The notes beneath the pieces were generated by a model. The model had not been told where the DNA came from. It did not search any database and saw only the letters and a program-made list of their open reading frames with translations. A stretch of 63,449 nt of DNA, the filler included, from Chiloscyllium plagiosum (taxonomy: Eukaryota), in assembly GCF_004010195.1 (NCBI RefSeq). It is 4 parts of one record of this genome, joined end to end, with 100 filler letters (N's around TTAATTAATTAA, not from the genome) between each part and the next. Parts side by side here need not be neighbours in the genome. Positions count along the whole stretch, not along the records: positions 47,937 to 57,835 come from NC_057711.1; positions 57,936 to 63,449 come from NC_057711.1; 2 more parts are not named here. One strand, given 5' to 3'. A program made the translations under genes and the position numbers. Numbering within the stretch: the stretch's first letter is position 1; every line of letters starts with the position of its first letter. This document shows positions 51,031 through 63,449 of the stretch, in pieces.

Positions 51031-51949
51031 TGAGCTGATGGTCAACTTTGTGCAGCAGCATCATTTTAGCTGATGTGCAATGACTGCTCATTGAAAGCCT
51101 TGTTGCACAGCCCACAGCAGTGACTTGAAACAAAGTCACCATTGACAATTTTTGATAGTCTCTGCGAAAGTCTAGTTGTATTCACAAAAAAGATAAAAAT
51201 GATGGCAGCACTCCTCCCTAACCATTAGCTGGTTAGTGTTGCAAAACAAACGTCAAATAACTCTTTCAAATTTCTTTCATCTTTCCATTTCTGAAGGAGA
51301 AAAGATTAATCTGCTGGTTAAACTTACAACAAAACAGTTCTGGGTGGAGATTTTCTATCTTAAGAAAAATCAAACTCCTCCTGCCCTCACTATCTAGTAC
51401 CTTATTGACAGACCAAGTAATGGACAAGACCATAAATTATCCACAATATCATCATTGGATATGGGTATCAACAACAAAACCAGAAATTAATGGTCTTTCT
51501 AATTTCCATTCAAGGCCACTGTCACAGCCAATTATGAATCAAACATATTACTCCAGACTTACTTTGTAGATCAAATGTTGTAGAACAAAATTATTCTTGA
51601 CATCAATTTATAACAGTTGTCATTGTGAGCATAACTGAAACTAAATTGATATTTCAGGTTTATTAATTTGATATAAATTCCACCAGCTGTCTTAGTGGGA
51701 TGTGAACCCTTGTCCCCAAAAAAATTAGCCTGGGACACCAGAGTATTTGTTCAGTTAAATAATGAGTTCAAGACAGCATGCCAGAAACAGATCTCGAGAC
51801 ACCTAAAAATAAGGGTCAGCCTCATAAAGCTACAATACAAAACTGGTTTTATGCATGAAGGGGCTCCTTCATGCCATTCTCAGTTGACTACCGTGGGAGA
51901 CCACTATCCTCTCACTTTTTTGAAATTCAGTCATTTCACCACATTTGGA

Positions 51950-52545
51950 CGAAGGCTATGATGAGGCCATGAGCTGAGTTGCCCTGATGGAAACAAAATT
52001 GACTGTCAGTCATCAGGGTTCTCCTTTTCAAGTGCTGCGTAATAGATTAAATCTGGACTGTGATGGAATCCTCTCCACTTGCATGGTTGGTCGCAGCTCC
52101 AACAAAATTCAAGAAGCTCAACAGCATCCAGGATGAACCTGCTCGATTGACATCCATCTACTTCCTGCGACATTCATTCCCTCTACTACCAACACATCAT
52201 GGTAGCAGTGTGTACCATTTGAAAAGATGCACTGCAAAGGTTCCTTCAACAGGGCCTTCCAAACCCATGACCATTTCCACCTAGAATGAAAAGGACAACT
52301 TGTGCATGGGAGCAATACCACAAGCCATGTACCATCTCGACATGGAAATATGTCACTGTTCTTTCACTGTCATTATGTCAAAAATTCTGGAACTCCCTTC
52401 TTAACAGAGCTGAGTGTCCCGACACCCTGTGGACTGCAAGAGTTCATAAAGATCAACTTACCAGCACCTTTTCCAGCAGTGTTAGGGATGGACAATAAAT
52501 CTTGAACTTGCCAGTGGTGCCCACATCCCATGAATTAATAAAGGT
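51950..52545 (+). mobile_element. CR1/L2-group LINE 3' end
   Basis: ORF 52060 MESSPLAWLVAAPTKFKKLNSIQD; same tail as 8070-8505. Confidence 0.65.
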
Positions 52546-53399
52546 GAGTTATCTTAAAACTGTACAATTTTCTTCTCAACATAATCCACCAAAATGTTCT
52601 CAAAACAGTAAAATCAATCATAAAAACATTTTAAAACAAAGAACATTTATATTGATAAATGGTAAAATGTCTTGAAACAGGATTCGACTGAAGTAATGTT
52701 AAGATGATAGACTCACTCAGTTTATAATGTCTATTACTTGGGGGAGTGAGTTTTTTACTAAGCACCTTTTGAATCAATTTGACCACAATGCTGGCTGCCA
52801 TTGTAGACTGCTGATGCTAATCAGTCTTGCAAACAGAACTCATTTTTACTGCATCGGTGAATTTCTATACCTCTCGGTCACACTATGAATCCCTTGTGAA
52901 TACAACAACTGGTAATTAGTGCTGAATTGGGACCAACTTTATGATGTGCATTTGTTTGACTTTTAACTGTAGCCCTGGAGATAAAATCACATCACAGTGC
53001 CAGCAAATTCCTCTACCACTTCGTTAACTCTCTCTTATAGCTGGCTGTCTGGCTTGTGCATTCGTTTTGAAAATTCCAGTGAGCATACAATTATATTAAA
53101 TGGTTACTTCTTGCATATTGTGTTTTGTTTCACACTGACACTGCAAATTCCGCACCAAGTCTCCTTATCTCTTTTTCAACCAAAATGAAATCTTGGTACT
53201 TCAGATCTCTTGGATCATTCATTTTACTTGAAATTGGTGCCACACCTTGTCAACAAGGGTTCTTTTCCCTTTTGGGCTGGATTTTATGTTCCTGCAACCT
53301 CATGCTGGGAGTATTATCTGTGGCTACCCTTCCTGCCCATTGCTGATCCAGTTCCGAAAAGGCGCCCAACAGTCTGTCCACCCTTTTAGCTATTGCAAA

Positions 53400-54815
53400 C
53401 TATAAGAGACATGAAAATGTAGAAGATAAGAGCACGAGTAGGCTAATGCAACCTCTTGAACCTCCACGATTCATATGGTCATGGCTGATCATCCAGTCTA
53501 AATTCCTAATAACCCCCCCCACACCCCATATCCCTTTAGCCACAAAAGCTGTGTCTATCGCTTTCTTGAAAACACACAATATTTGGCCTCAACTACTTTC
53601 TATTGTAATGAATTCTGCAAGGTTCTCATTCTCTTTTTCTCCTCAACTCAATCCTAAAATAGTTTCCCCTTATGATCCAACTATGGCTCCCGGCTATGGG
53701 TGGCCACACTATTGAAAACATCCTTTCTGCATCGAACCTGTCCAATCCTGTTCAAATTTTATCGGTTTCTGAGATCCCACATCATTCTTTTGAGTTTCAT
53801 TGAATAAAGTCCCAACCAACTCAATCTCTCCTTGTACATCAGACCATAACTGCACATAATGTTCCAGGTTTGGCCTCACCAATGTTCTGTCCTGTATAGT
53901 TACAGCAAAGCATCCTTGTTCCTGTACTTTAATCAATTTGCTATGAAGGCTGATGTACAGATTGCCTTTTTTACTGTCTGCTTCACCAGCACATTTACTT
54001 TCAGTAGCTGGTGCACAAAGACACCCAGGTCTGATTGAACATTCCCCTCTCTCAATTTGCAGGCAGCAAAATAATAACCTGCCTTCTTATTTTGACTACC
54101 ACAGTGGAGAAAGTGAGGACTGCAGATGCTGGAGATCAGAGCTGAAAATGTGTTGCTGGAAGGCTTATGCCCGAAACGTCGATTCTCCTGTTCCTTGGAT
54201 GCTGCCTGACCTGACTACCACAGTGGATAACTTCACATTTATCCATATTATACTGTATCTACTGTGCATTTGCCCAGTCCCTCTGCCTGTCCAAAACATA
54301 CTGCAAGATCTCTGCATTTTCCTCACAGCTTACCTTTCCTTCCAGCTTTGTGCTTAAAAATGTGTTGCTGGAAAAGTGCAGCAGGTCAGGCAGCATCAAA
54401 GTAGAAGGAGAATCAACGTTTCGAGCATAAGCCCTTCTTCAGCTTTGTGTCATCTGCAAATTGTAAAATATTACATTAAGTTCCCTCATCTAAGACATTA
54501 ACATAGACTATGAATAGCTGGGGTCCTAGTATTGATCACTGCAGTACACCACAAGTCACTGCCTGCCATTCAGAAAAAAAAATAGTTTATTCCTACCCAT
54601 TGTTTCCTCTCTGGTAAACAATTTTCTATCCATCTCAATATGCTACCCCAATCCCATGTGCTTTAAGTTTAGAGATTAGTCTCTTAGCTTTCAACAAAGT
54701 CAAATGTTTCTGAAAGTCCAAATAAACTACTTCTACTGGCTCCCCAGATCAACTCTGAGTTATGTTCTCTCACGATTCCAGTAGATTTGTGAACCTTAAT
54801 TTCCCTTTTGTAAAT
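53400..54815 (-). mobile_element. CR1 ORF2 3' portion with two family A insertions
   Basis: TLVRPNLEHYVQLWS; insertions 54109-54211 (TSD TGACTACCACAGTGGA) and 54353-54439 (TSD CAGCTTTGTG). Confidence 0.75.
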
Positions 54816-56639
54816 AAGTGGTCATTCCATAAAATGCTGGAAAGTGGCAGGCTGGGTGAGTGTGAGTAAGCCATTCTTCTTTATAACCTTGTTGAAAAGG
54901 TAGCAAGGGATGGAGCACATCTCTTGAGCTTCAGTTAGAGATGTTACAGGGAGGTCAATCATGACACTTCCTACCCAGAACTTAATTCTGGAAGAGGTGA
55001 GAAGACTTTGGTGTTCAAGTGTGGCACCATGTTACCAAATGAAATTTCCTTCCCCTGACTAATCTCACCACCAATGAGAGCACTACCACCCCACAGCTCA
55101 ACTTTCTTTCAACCATCTGTGACTCTCGAGTCTAAATATTCCCATAATGTACATTGATGGAGACCTCAGCACATTTAAAGAAAACTGGTAAAGGTCTTAA
55201 TTAAAAGTAGCAAACAAAAAAAAGTGCACAATAATATCACATGGCTTCTAATCAGTTGACCCAATGTTGGCCATATTGAACCCAATTAGCTATCAGTTCT
55301 ATCTTGTTTCTTCATCTACCCACACTGTTTACATGTTTCTTTTTAAGTCAAACAGCATAAAACTGCAACGACAGTGCCAAATTCCATGATCATGGATGTT
55401 AGTCTCGTCCTTTATTCACCGTTCTGCTTTCCAGCGAAAACATAGTTAAACTACCATCCATTCTATCACTGTCATGATTCTGACAATACTCCTAGATTGA
55501 ACCAATGTTGTCTGTTACTTTGCAAAAGCATAAAATGTTGTTATCTATTCTAACACTGAGAAGAGTCACAATAGATAGAATAATTTATCATGTGTTGTTT
55601 TTGACCTGATATGTTCTTTCTTTCTGAAACAAAAGCAGAACGTAATGAAAGCGTAGCCCAAAGTAAAACATTGTTTATCTCAAACTGAAATTGAAGTACA
55701 TTTACTCCAAAAAAATCTTTCATAATATGCTACATTTTTAAGTCTAATTCATCAAAGTTTACGTAAAGCAATAGTGACCAATGGGACAAGTTGCATAGAC
55801 TCAAATATTCTATTACTTTCTCTGAAGGTGAAAACAAGTTCAGTGACAAATTTGAACTGAAGGATAATAACAGATTGTCATGACTTAAACTTGTTGAAGA
55901 ATGAGGAAAGTTAGAAATATCAATACTGGGTGCAGTGAATTGCTAAGAATAAAATTTCCACAAATCTGAATCTGCAAATTTAGATCCATTGTTTTACTAG
56001 AATTCTTGCTAATGTTTCGGTATGCAAATGGATTATAAAACCACAGAAGTAGAAGCAAAATTATCCATTGGGCCCATTAATCAAATCCACCGTACACTGA
56101 GATCATGACTGATCTGATAATTCTCAGCTCCACTTTCCTGCCTTTTCTCTATAGCACTCATATTTCCTGACTGATTACAAATGTTGTCTGTCATGCAGAG
56201 TGATACTGAAGCAAAATGAAGAAGGCATCAGGCTATCCCTTGATCTTTGAGGCTACTTGAGCTTCTACAAAGGTCATGATGCTTTCCTAAAACCCAAGCT
56301 AGGCAGGAAAGCACAGCCAATGCTCCTATTCCTGTTGACTGTCTGTTAAGCCCTAGCGGGAGAACACCCATCTATCAGCATCAGATGAAATCTGAATCAG
56401 CATGGCATGGATCACATCTGAAGAATGGGCCATTAGATGATGCCTCATCTAACCAGAGGATCTTTGATACTGCACTCCTGCATCTTTAAGAAAGAAGGGA
56501 GAGGAAAACATAAGAACATGACAGGTGCACAAATTATTGATGTTAATGTGGTAGGTTGAGGAAGTATTTGGAAGGGCATTCAGTAAACCGGGACATGTAA
56601 AAACTGTTAAGTTTTGAACATTTACAAAAAAAAAGTTCT

Positions 56640-57635
56640 GTCTCAACTGGAGTTTTGAGATTAAGATATGGAACTATGTTTTTGTAATGATGTGAAGTTT
56701 TCGAGAGGTTGCACAAAAGTCTTCCAGAGACCAATTATGTGCTGTTGGTAGACTGGTTAGTAAGGTTAGATCCCACATGGGATCGAGGGACAGCTAGCCA
56801 ATGAGATGGAAAATTGGCTCGACAGGAGGAGGGTGGTGGTCGAGGGTTGTCATTCATACTGGAGACCTGTGACAAGTGGCATGCCACAAGAATTGATGAT
56901 AGGCCCATTATTGTTTGTAATTTTTAAAAAATGATTTGAATGAGAATATAAGAGGCATGGTTAGTAAGTTTGAGGATGATGTCAAAATTGTTGGTGCAGT
57001 GCACAGTCGCGAAGGTGATCTGAGAGTAAAATAGGAGCTTGATCCACTCGGTCAATGGGCCAAGGAATGGCATATGGAGCTTAATGCAGATAAATGTGAC
57101 GTGTTGCATTTTGGTCAGACAAACCAGGGCAGGGCTGACACAGTTAATGATAGAGCCCTGGGGACTGTTGTCAAACAGAGATACCTAAGGTACAAGTATA
57201 TAGTTCCTTGAAAGTGGCATCGTAAGAAGACAGGGTACTGAAGAAGGCATTTGGCACATTTGCCTTTGTTGGTCAGAGCATTGGGTACTGGAGTTGAGAC
57301 ATCATGCTACAGCTGTACAAGACATTGGTAAGGCCACACTTGGAGTACTGTATACAATTCAGGTCACCCTCCAATAGGAAGAAAGTTATCAAATGGGAAA
57401 GAGTGCAAAAAAGATTTACAAGGGTGTTTCTGAGACTGGAAGGTTTGAGTTATCAGGAGAGATTGGAGAGGCTGGGACTTTCATCCCTGGAGCATATGAG
57501 CATGAGGGATGACATTATTGCGGTTTATGAAATCATGAGGGGCACAGACTAACTGAATAGCCAAGTATTTTCCACAGGGTGGGAGAGTGCAAACGAGAAG
57601 ACATAGGTTAAGGGTGAAAGGACAAAGATTTTAAA
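56640..57635 (+). mobile_element. CR1 ORF2 RT/C-terminal fragment
   Basis: VSKFEDDVK; ORF 57304..57552 LYKTLVRPHLEYCIQF...LERLGLSSLE. Confidence 0.8.
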
Positions 57636-57835
57636 AGGTGAAAACAATGACTGCAGAAGCTGGATACCAGATTCTGGATTAGTGGTGCTAGAAGAGCACA
57701 GCAGTTCAGGCAGCATCTGAGGAGCAGTAAAATCGATGTTTTGGGCAAAGGTCCTTCAACAGGAATAGAGGCAGAGCACCTGCAGGGTGGAGAGATAAGC
57801 TAGAGGAGGGTGGGGGTGGGGAGAAAGTAGCATAG
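57636..57835 (-). mobile_element. Family A Penelope terminus cut by gap
   Basis: Reverse complement of 35500-35695. Confidence 0.75.
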
Positions 57836-57935
57836 NNNNNNNNNNNNNNNNNNNNNNNNNNNNNNNNNNNNNNNNNNNNTTAATTAATTAANNNNNNNNN
57901 NNNNNNNNNNNNNNNNNNNNNNNNNNNNNNNNNNN
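57836..57935. other. Artificial gap spacer
   Basis: 44 N + TTAATTAATTAA (57880-57891) + 44 N. Confidence 0.95.
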
Positions 57936-60900
57936 GGAGGTCAAGTTGCAGCTGTACAGGACATTGGTTAGGCCACTTTTGGAATATTATATGCAGTTTT
58001 GATCTCCCTCTGGTCAGAGGGATATTGTGAAACTTGAAAGGGTTCAGGAAAGATTTACAAAGACGTTTCCAGGGTTGAAGATTTTGAGCTATAGGGAGAA
58101 GCAGAATAGATTCAGCCTATTTTTCCCTCGAGTGTCGGAGGGTGGGGGGTGACCTTATAGAAGTTTGTAAAATTATGAGGGGCATGGATAGGGTAAATAG
58201 GCAAAGTCTTTTCCCTGGTTGGGGGAGTCCAGAATTAGATGGCATAGGTTTCGGGTGAAAGGGGAAGGATATAAAAGGGAACTAAGGGGCAACCTTCTCA
58301 TGCAGAGGGTGCATGGAATGAGCTGCCAGAGGAGGTGGTGGAGTCTAGTCCAATTACAACATGTAAAAGGCATCTGGATGGGAAGGGTTTAGAGGGATAT
58401 GAGCCAAGTGCTGGCAAATAGGACTAGATTAATTGAGAATATCTGGTCAGCATGGACAAGTTGGACCGTAGGGTCTGTTTCCATGCTGTACATCTCTATG
58501 ACTCTATGCCTGTAAGTGACATTGTGATTATGTGCATGGACAAAGATTCCAGAGTCTGGATTTGTGAACCAGAGTTATGAGGCTAAATCCTTCAAAAGCA
58601 GGTGGACATTTAAATAAATAAATAATTTTCATAGTTATTATAATATGTTAAGGATAAAACCGGTGTTGTGTCACGGCTACAGCATATGGAAGTTCCTAGA
58701 TACCAGTCTGCAAGGATAGACATGTTTGCAGTAAGTGCTTACAACTTGAGCTGCATCAGCTTAGAATTTATGGGCTGGAGGCTAAACCATATACTTTGAC
58801 TTGGGGCCAGTTCCTTTCAACTATAAAACAAAGAATGCAACTCCTTTATTCAATATAGGAGCGGGACAGAAAGCTGTAAACCACAGGCCAGTTAGCTTGA
58901 CATTTGTCATAGGGAAGATGTTAGAACCAATTATTAAAAACGACACAGCAGTGCACTTAGAGAAGGTAATCAGATAGATTTAACATGGTTCTTTGAAAAG
59001 ACAATTATGCTTTATCAACTTACTTGTGTCACTTGAAGAGGTTACATGTTCTGTGGAAAAGGGGGTCTGATGGTTGCACATCACCTTAATTTCTAGAAGG
59101 CATTTGATAAGGAGCCACATCTAAGGTCATTGCAGAAACTAAGAACATATGGTTGAAAAGGGGGTAATAAATGGACATAAACGGAAGATTGGCTAGCCAA
59201 GAGAAAACAGAACATAGGGATAATTGTGCCACTTTCAAATTAGTGATATGTAACACATTGTGAGCCAGAGGGACCAGTGCTGGACCTTCAGCTTTATATA
59301 ATTGATACAGAAAAAATGATGGAGTGACCAAATGATTTGGAGGTGCCGGTGCTGGACTGGGGTGTACAAAGTTAAAAATTACACAACACCAGGTTATAAT
59401 CCAACAGGTTTATTTCAAAGCACTAGCTTTTGTAACACTGCTCTTTTATCAGGTGGTTGTGAGTATAAGATTGTAAGATACAGAATTTATAGAAAAAGTT
59501 AACAGTGTGATGCAACTCAAATGATATATAGAAAAAGATCTGGATTGTTTGTTAAGTCTCTCATCCTTTAGAGTGACCATGTTGGTTTCATTCTGGGATT
59601 TACATATGAAAGAACTGAAATCAACATGGTCATTCTAAAAGATGAGAGACTTAACAAACAATCCAGATCTTTTTCTATATATCATTTGAGTTGCATCACA
59701 CTGTTAACTTTTTCTATAAATTCTGTATCTTACAATCTTATACTCACAACCACCTGATAAAAGAGCAGTGTTACAAAAGCTAGTGCTTTGAAATAAACCT
59801 GTTGGACTATAACCTGGTGTTGTGTAATTTTTAACTTTGTACACCCCAGTCCAGCACCGGCACCTCCAAATCATTTGGTCACTCCATCATTTTTTCTGTA
59901 TCAATTATATAAAGCTGAAGGTCCAGCACTGGTCCCTCTGGCTCACAATGTGTTACATATCACTAATTTGAAAGTGGCACAATTATCCCTATGTTCTGTT
60001 TTCTCTTGGCTAGCCAATCTTCCGTTTATGTCCATTTATTACCCCCTTTTCAACCATATGTTCTTAGTTTCTGCAATGACCTTAGATGTGGCTCCTTATC
60101 AAATGCCTTCTAGAAATTAAGGTGATGTGCAACCATCAGACCCCCTTTTCCACAGAACATGTAACCTCTTCAAGTGACACAAGTAAGTTGATAAAGCATA
60201 ATTGTCTTTTCAAAGAACCATGTTGAATCTATCTGATTACCTTCTCTAAGTGCACTGCTGTGTCGTTTTTAATAATTGGTTCTAACATCTTCCCTATGAC
60301 AAATGTCAAGCTAACTGGCCTGTGGTTTACAGCTTTCTGTCCCGCTCCTATATTGAATAAAGGAGTTGCATTCTTTGTTTTATAGTTGAAAGGAACTGGC
60401 CCCAAGTCAAAGTATATGGTTTAGCCTCCAGCCCATAAATTCTAAGCTGATGCAGCTCAAGTTGTAAGCACTTACTGCAAACATGTCTATCCTTGCAGAC
60501 TGGTATCTAGGAACTTCCATATGCTGTAGCCGTGACACAACACCGGTTTTATCCTTAACATATTATAATAACTATGAAAATTATTTATTTATTTAAATGT
60601 CCACCTGCTTTTGAAGGATTTAGCCTCATAACTCTGGTTCACAAATCCAGACTCTGGAATCTTTGTCCATGCACATAATCACAATGTCACTTACAGGCAT
60701 AGAGTCATAGAGATGTACAGCATGGAAACAGACCCTACGGTCCAACTTGTCCATGCTGACCAGATATTCTCAATTAATCTAGTCCTATTTGCCAGCACTT
60801 GGCTCATATCCCTCTAAACCCTTCCCATCCTGATGCCTTTTACATGTTGTAATTGGACTAGACTCCACCACCTCCTCTGGCAGCTCATTCCATGCACCCT

Positions 60901-61270
60901 CTGCATGAGAAGGTTGCCCCTTAGTTCCCTTTTATATCCTTCCCCTTTCACCCGAAACCTATGCCATCTAATTCTGGACTCCCCCAACCAGGGAAAAGAC
61001 TTTGCCTATTTACCCTATCCATGCCCCTCATAATTTTACAAACTTCTATAAGGTCACCCCCCACCCTCCGACACTCGAGGGAAAAATAGGCTGAATCTAT
61101 TCTGCTTCTCCCTATAGCTCAAAATCTTCAACCCTGGAAACGTCTTTGTAAATCTTTCCTGAACCCTTTCAAGTTTCACAATATCCCTCTGACCAGAGGG
61201 AGATCAAAACTGCATATAATATTCCAAAAGTGGCCTAACCAATGTCCTGTACAGCTGCAACTTGACCTCC
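57936..61270. repeat. 3.3-kb near-perfect inverted repeat (arms 57936-59590 and 59616-61270, 25-nt spacer)
   Basis: Mirror ORF pairs 58173..58373(-)/60833..61033(+) and 59086..59331(-)/59875..60120(+); paired coordinates sum to 119206. Confidence 0.97.
59616..59870 (+). mobile_element. Penelope-like family B 3' terminus (mirrored at 59336-59590)
   Basis: cacctgataaaagagcagtgttacaaaagctagtg decayed hammerhead; aataaacctgttggactataacctggtgttgtg as at 24930-24970. Confidence 0.75.
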
Positions 61271-61480
61271 CAACTCCTATACTCACTCCTCTGACCAATA
61301 AAGGTAAGCATACTAAACACCTTCTTCACTGTCCTATCTACCTGAGATTCCACTTTCAGGGAACTCTGAACCTGCACTCTAAAGTCCCTTTGTTGAGCAA
61401 CACTCCCCAGGACCTTACCATTAAGGGTAAACGTCCTCTTCTGATTTGTCTTTCCAAAATGCAGCACCTCACATTTGTGT
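60698..61480 (-). mobile_element. CR1 3' portion (mirrored at 57936-58508)
   Basis: ORF 61204..61521(-) KCEVLHFG...LYRTLVRPLLEY; catagagtcatagag tail. Confidence 0.85.
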
Positions 61481-63018
61481 TTTATGAAACTACAATTAGT
61501 TCCTTTAGAACTTAACTGCAATAATAGATGAGATCCTAATCTCAGTGAGATTTTGTGCTTTGCAGTGAGTTAACAATCATGAAATAATAAAAAAGCAGAA
61601 GTGACATTGCAAAGGGGCATTGCCTTACCCAGCAAACTACCAGCACTCTTTTCTAAGTCATGCTAAAGTACTAAGTCGTACTGCTTTGCCTATGTTTATA
61701 TGTTACTTTTCAATGCAGTCCCAGTGATAGGAAAGTGAGTTTCAACTGATTTGCCTAATCAACTAACAAATTGCTCTTAAGTTGTGAGCTTCTTTAAACC
61801 GAGATGGACATTGGAATTTAAACAGGAAATCATAGTTAAATGTGAAATGCAAACAAAACAAATCAATTTTTTTCGAAAGAGATTAGGAATTGCATTACTC
61901 AGCAAACTGGTAACTGTTCCAGCTCCACTGCACTCCATTTCTCATTACTCTGCCAATATTGTATTGATGTCACTACTGTCCCTTTCATGCCATGAAATTT
62001 AGCTTTGCTCTGAAGCCTGTGTTTATGTCACACTTTATCAGACATTTTTTTGAAATTCTGAAGTCGATATGAAATTTGGAATTGCCTCATATCTATGAGA
62101 GGAAGCAATGGTTAACAGTTTCAGAAAGGAGCTGAATAAAAGGGATAGGATTGATGCTTCAAAAACCAGAACATTAAAATACTCAATGATTGATAAAATG
62201 GTTAAGTTATATTCAGAGAAATTGCTGGAAAAACTCAGAAATTCAGGTAACATTTATGAAGAGATACAGATCAAAGATTTCTGGTTAATCACTTTTCACC
62301 AAAACACATATGTAAAGCATGCCCTATCATTGACTGATTTTTTGATATTCTGACATAATTCCACAAAACAATCATGTTATAACATCCATCCTTAGTTACC
62401 TTTACTTGCTAATAAGGTGGACACTTGATGAAATCACAGAAGTACAGTAACTTATAAATAGCCAATGTTTGTCAAATTTGTTTGAGTGCTATTTCCACAA
62501 AGGTATTAAGCTACTGTATTAGCATTATGGAACCAGAGAAAAGATACAGCACAGAAAGAGGTCATTCATATCATTGTCCATTTGAAATACCTGCACAGAG
62601 GCTGGTAACCCATTATCAAGTCACTCCCTACTGACATGTGCACACTCACCAGGCAGCTCAATGCCAGTCCTTGGACTGAGACGACCTTCTAAATTTTCTG
62701 TTTGTATCTGTCAGTCAGGGCTCCCTGATTGGCCCAGGTTAATAGCCCCAATCTGGCCCCTGTTCCAATCACTCCACCCTTTTGCCCTCACTTTCCAGCC
62801 CCTGGTCTGCCTTGAGAGTTATAAGCCTTCAGGTGAGGAACTAGATTTCTTTTAAATGAGTTGAGTGTTTCTACCTCAACAACCAAAATAGGCACTAAAA
62901 GTGACTATGTCTTTCCTATAATTGAAGACAAGAACTGTGTACAAAGTCTCCACCTGTGGGTATGGTCGAATCAACATCCTGCATATCCCAGTATTACATC
63001 ACTGATCACCTTACCGAA

Positions 63019-63449
63019 TAGACAATCGACAATAGGTGCAGGAGTAGGCCATTCTGCCCTTCGAGCCTGCACCACCATTCAATATGATCATGGCTGATCA
63101 TTCTTAATCAGTATCCTGTTCCTGCCTTATCTCCATAACCCTTGATTCCACTATTCTTGAGAGCTCTATTCAACTCTTTCTTAAATACATCCAGAGACTG
63201 GGCCTCCACTGCCTCTGGGGAAGAACATTCCACACAGCCACCACTCTCTGGGTGAAGAAGTTTCTCATCATCTCTGTCCTAAATGGTCTACCCCGTATTT
63301 TTAAGCTGTGTCCTCTGGTTCGGCACTCACCCATCAGCGGAAACATGTTTCCTGCCTCCAGAATGTCCAATCCTTTAATAAGCTTATATGTCTCAATCAG
63401 ATCCCCCTCAGTCTTCTAAACTCAAGGGTATACAAGCCCAGTCACTCCA
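63019..63449 (-). mobile_element. Young CR1 3' end
   Basis: ORF 63170..63370(-) TRGHSLKIRGRPFRTEMMRNFFTQRVVAVWNVLP; tagacaatcgacaatag tail. Confidence 0.88.

Noticed and set aside
59086..60120. Identical 81-aa ORFs on opposite strands as a duplicated gene
   Set aside because: Antisense frames of a decayed CR1 RT mirrored by the inverted repeat

Overview
Repeat-dominated, non-coding vertebrate DNA, almost certainly from an elasmobranch (shark-like, inferred from HE1-type SINEs, CR1/HER1-type LINEs and Penelope-like elements). I recognise no host protein-coding exon; the recognisable ORFs are broken CR1 ORF1/ORF2 or Penelope (RT/GIY-YIG) pieces. The window is four pieces joined by three artificial 100-nt spacers (44 N + TTAATTAATTAA + 44 N). 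The most notable signal is a dense set of short Penelope-derived elements from at least five sequence families. Each carries a minimal hammerhead-ribozyme core (CUGANGA-stem II-GAAA-short palindrome-UH), many fold back on themselves at that motif, and many are flanked by 8-16 bp target-site duplications. Other oddities: a 3.3-kb near-perfect inverted repeat centred on such an element (probably an assembly or fold-back artefact), a local templated insertion into a CR1 ORF1, an inverted SINE duplication, a three-level TE nest, and a hairpin plus candidate micro-intron conserved in the 5' UTRs of two divergent CR1 families. Repeat family names come from recognition and translation, not a database search; boundaries of old repeats are approximate.
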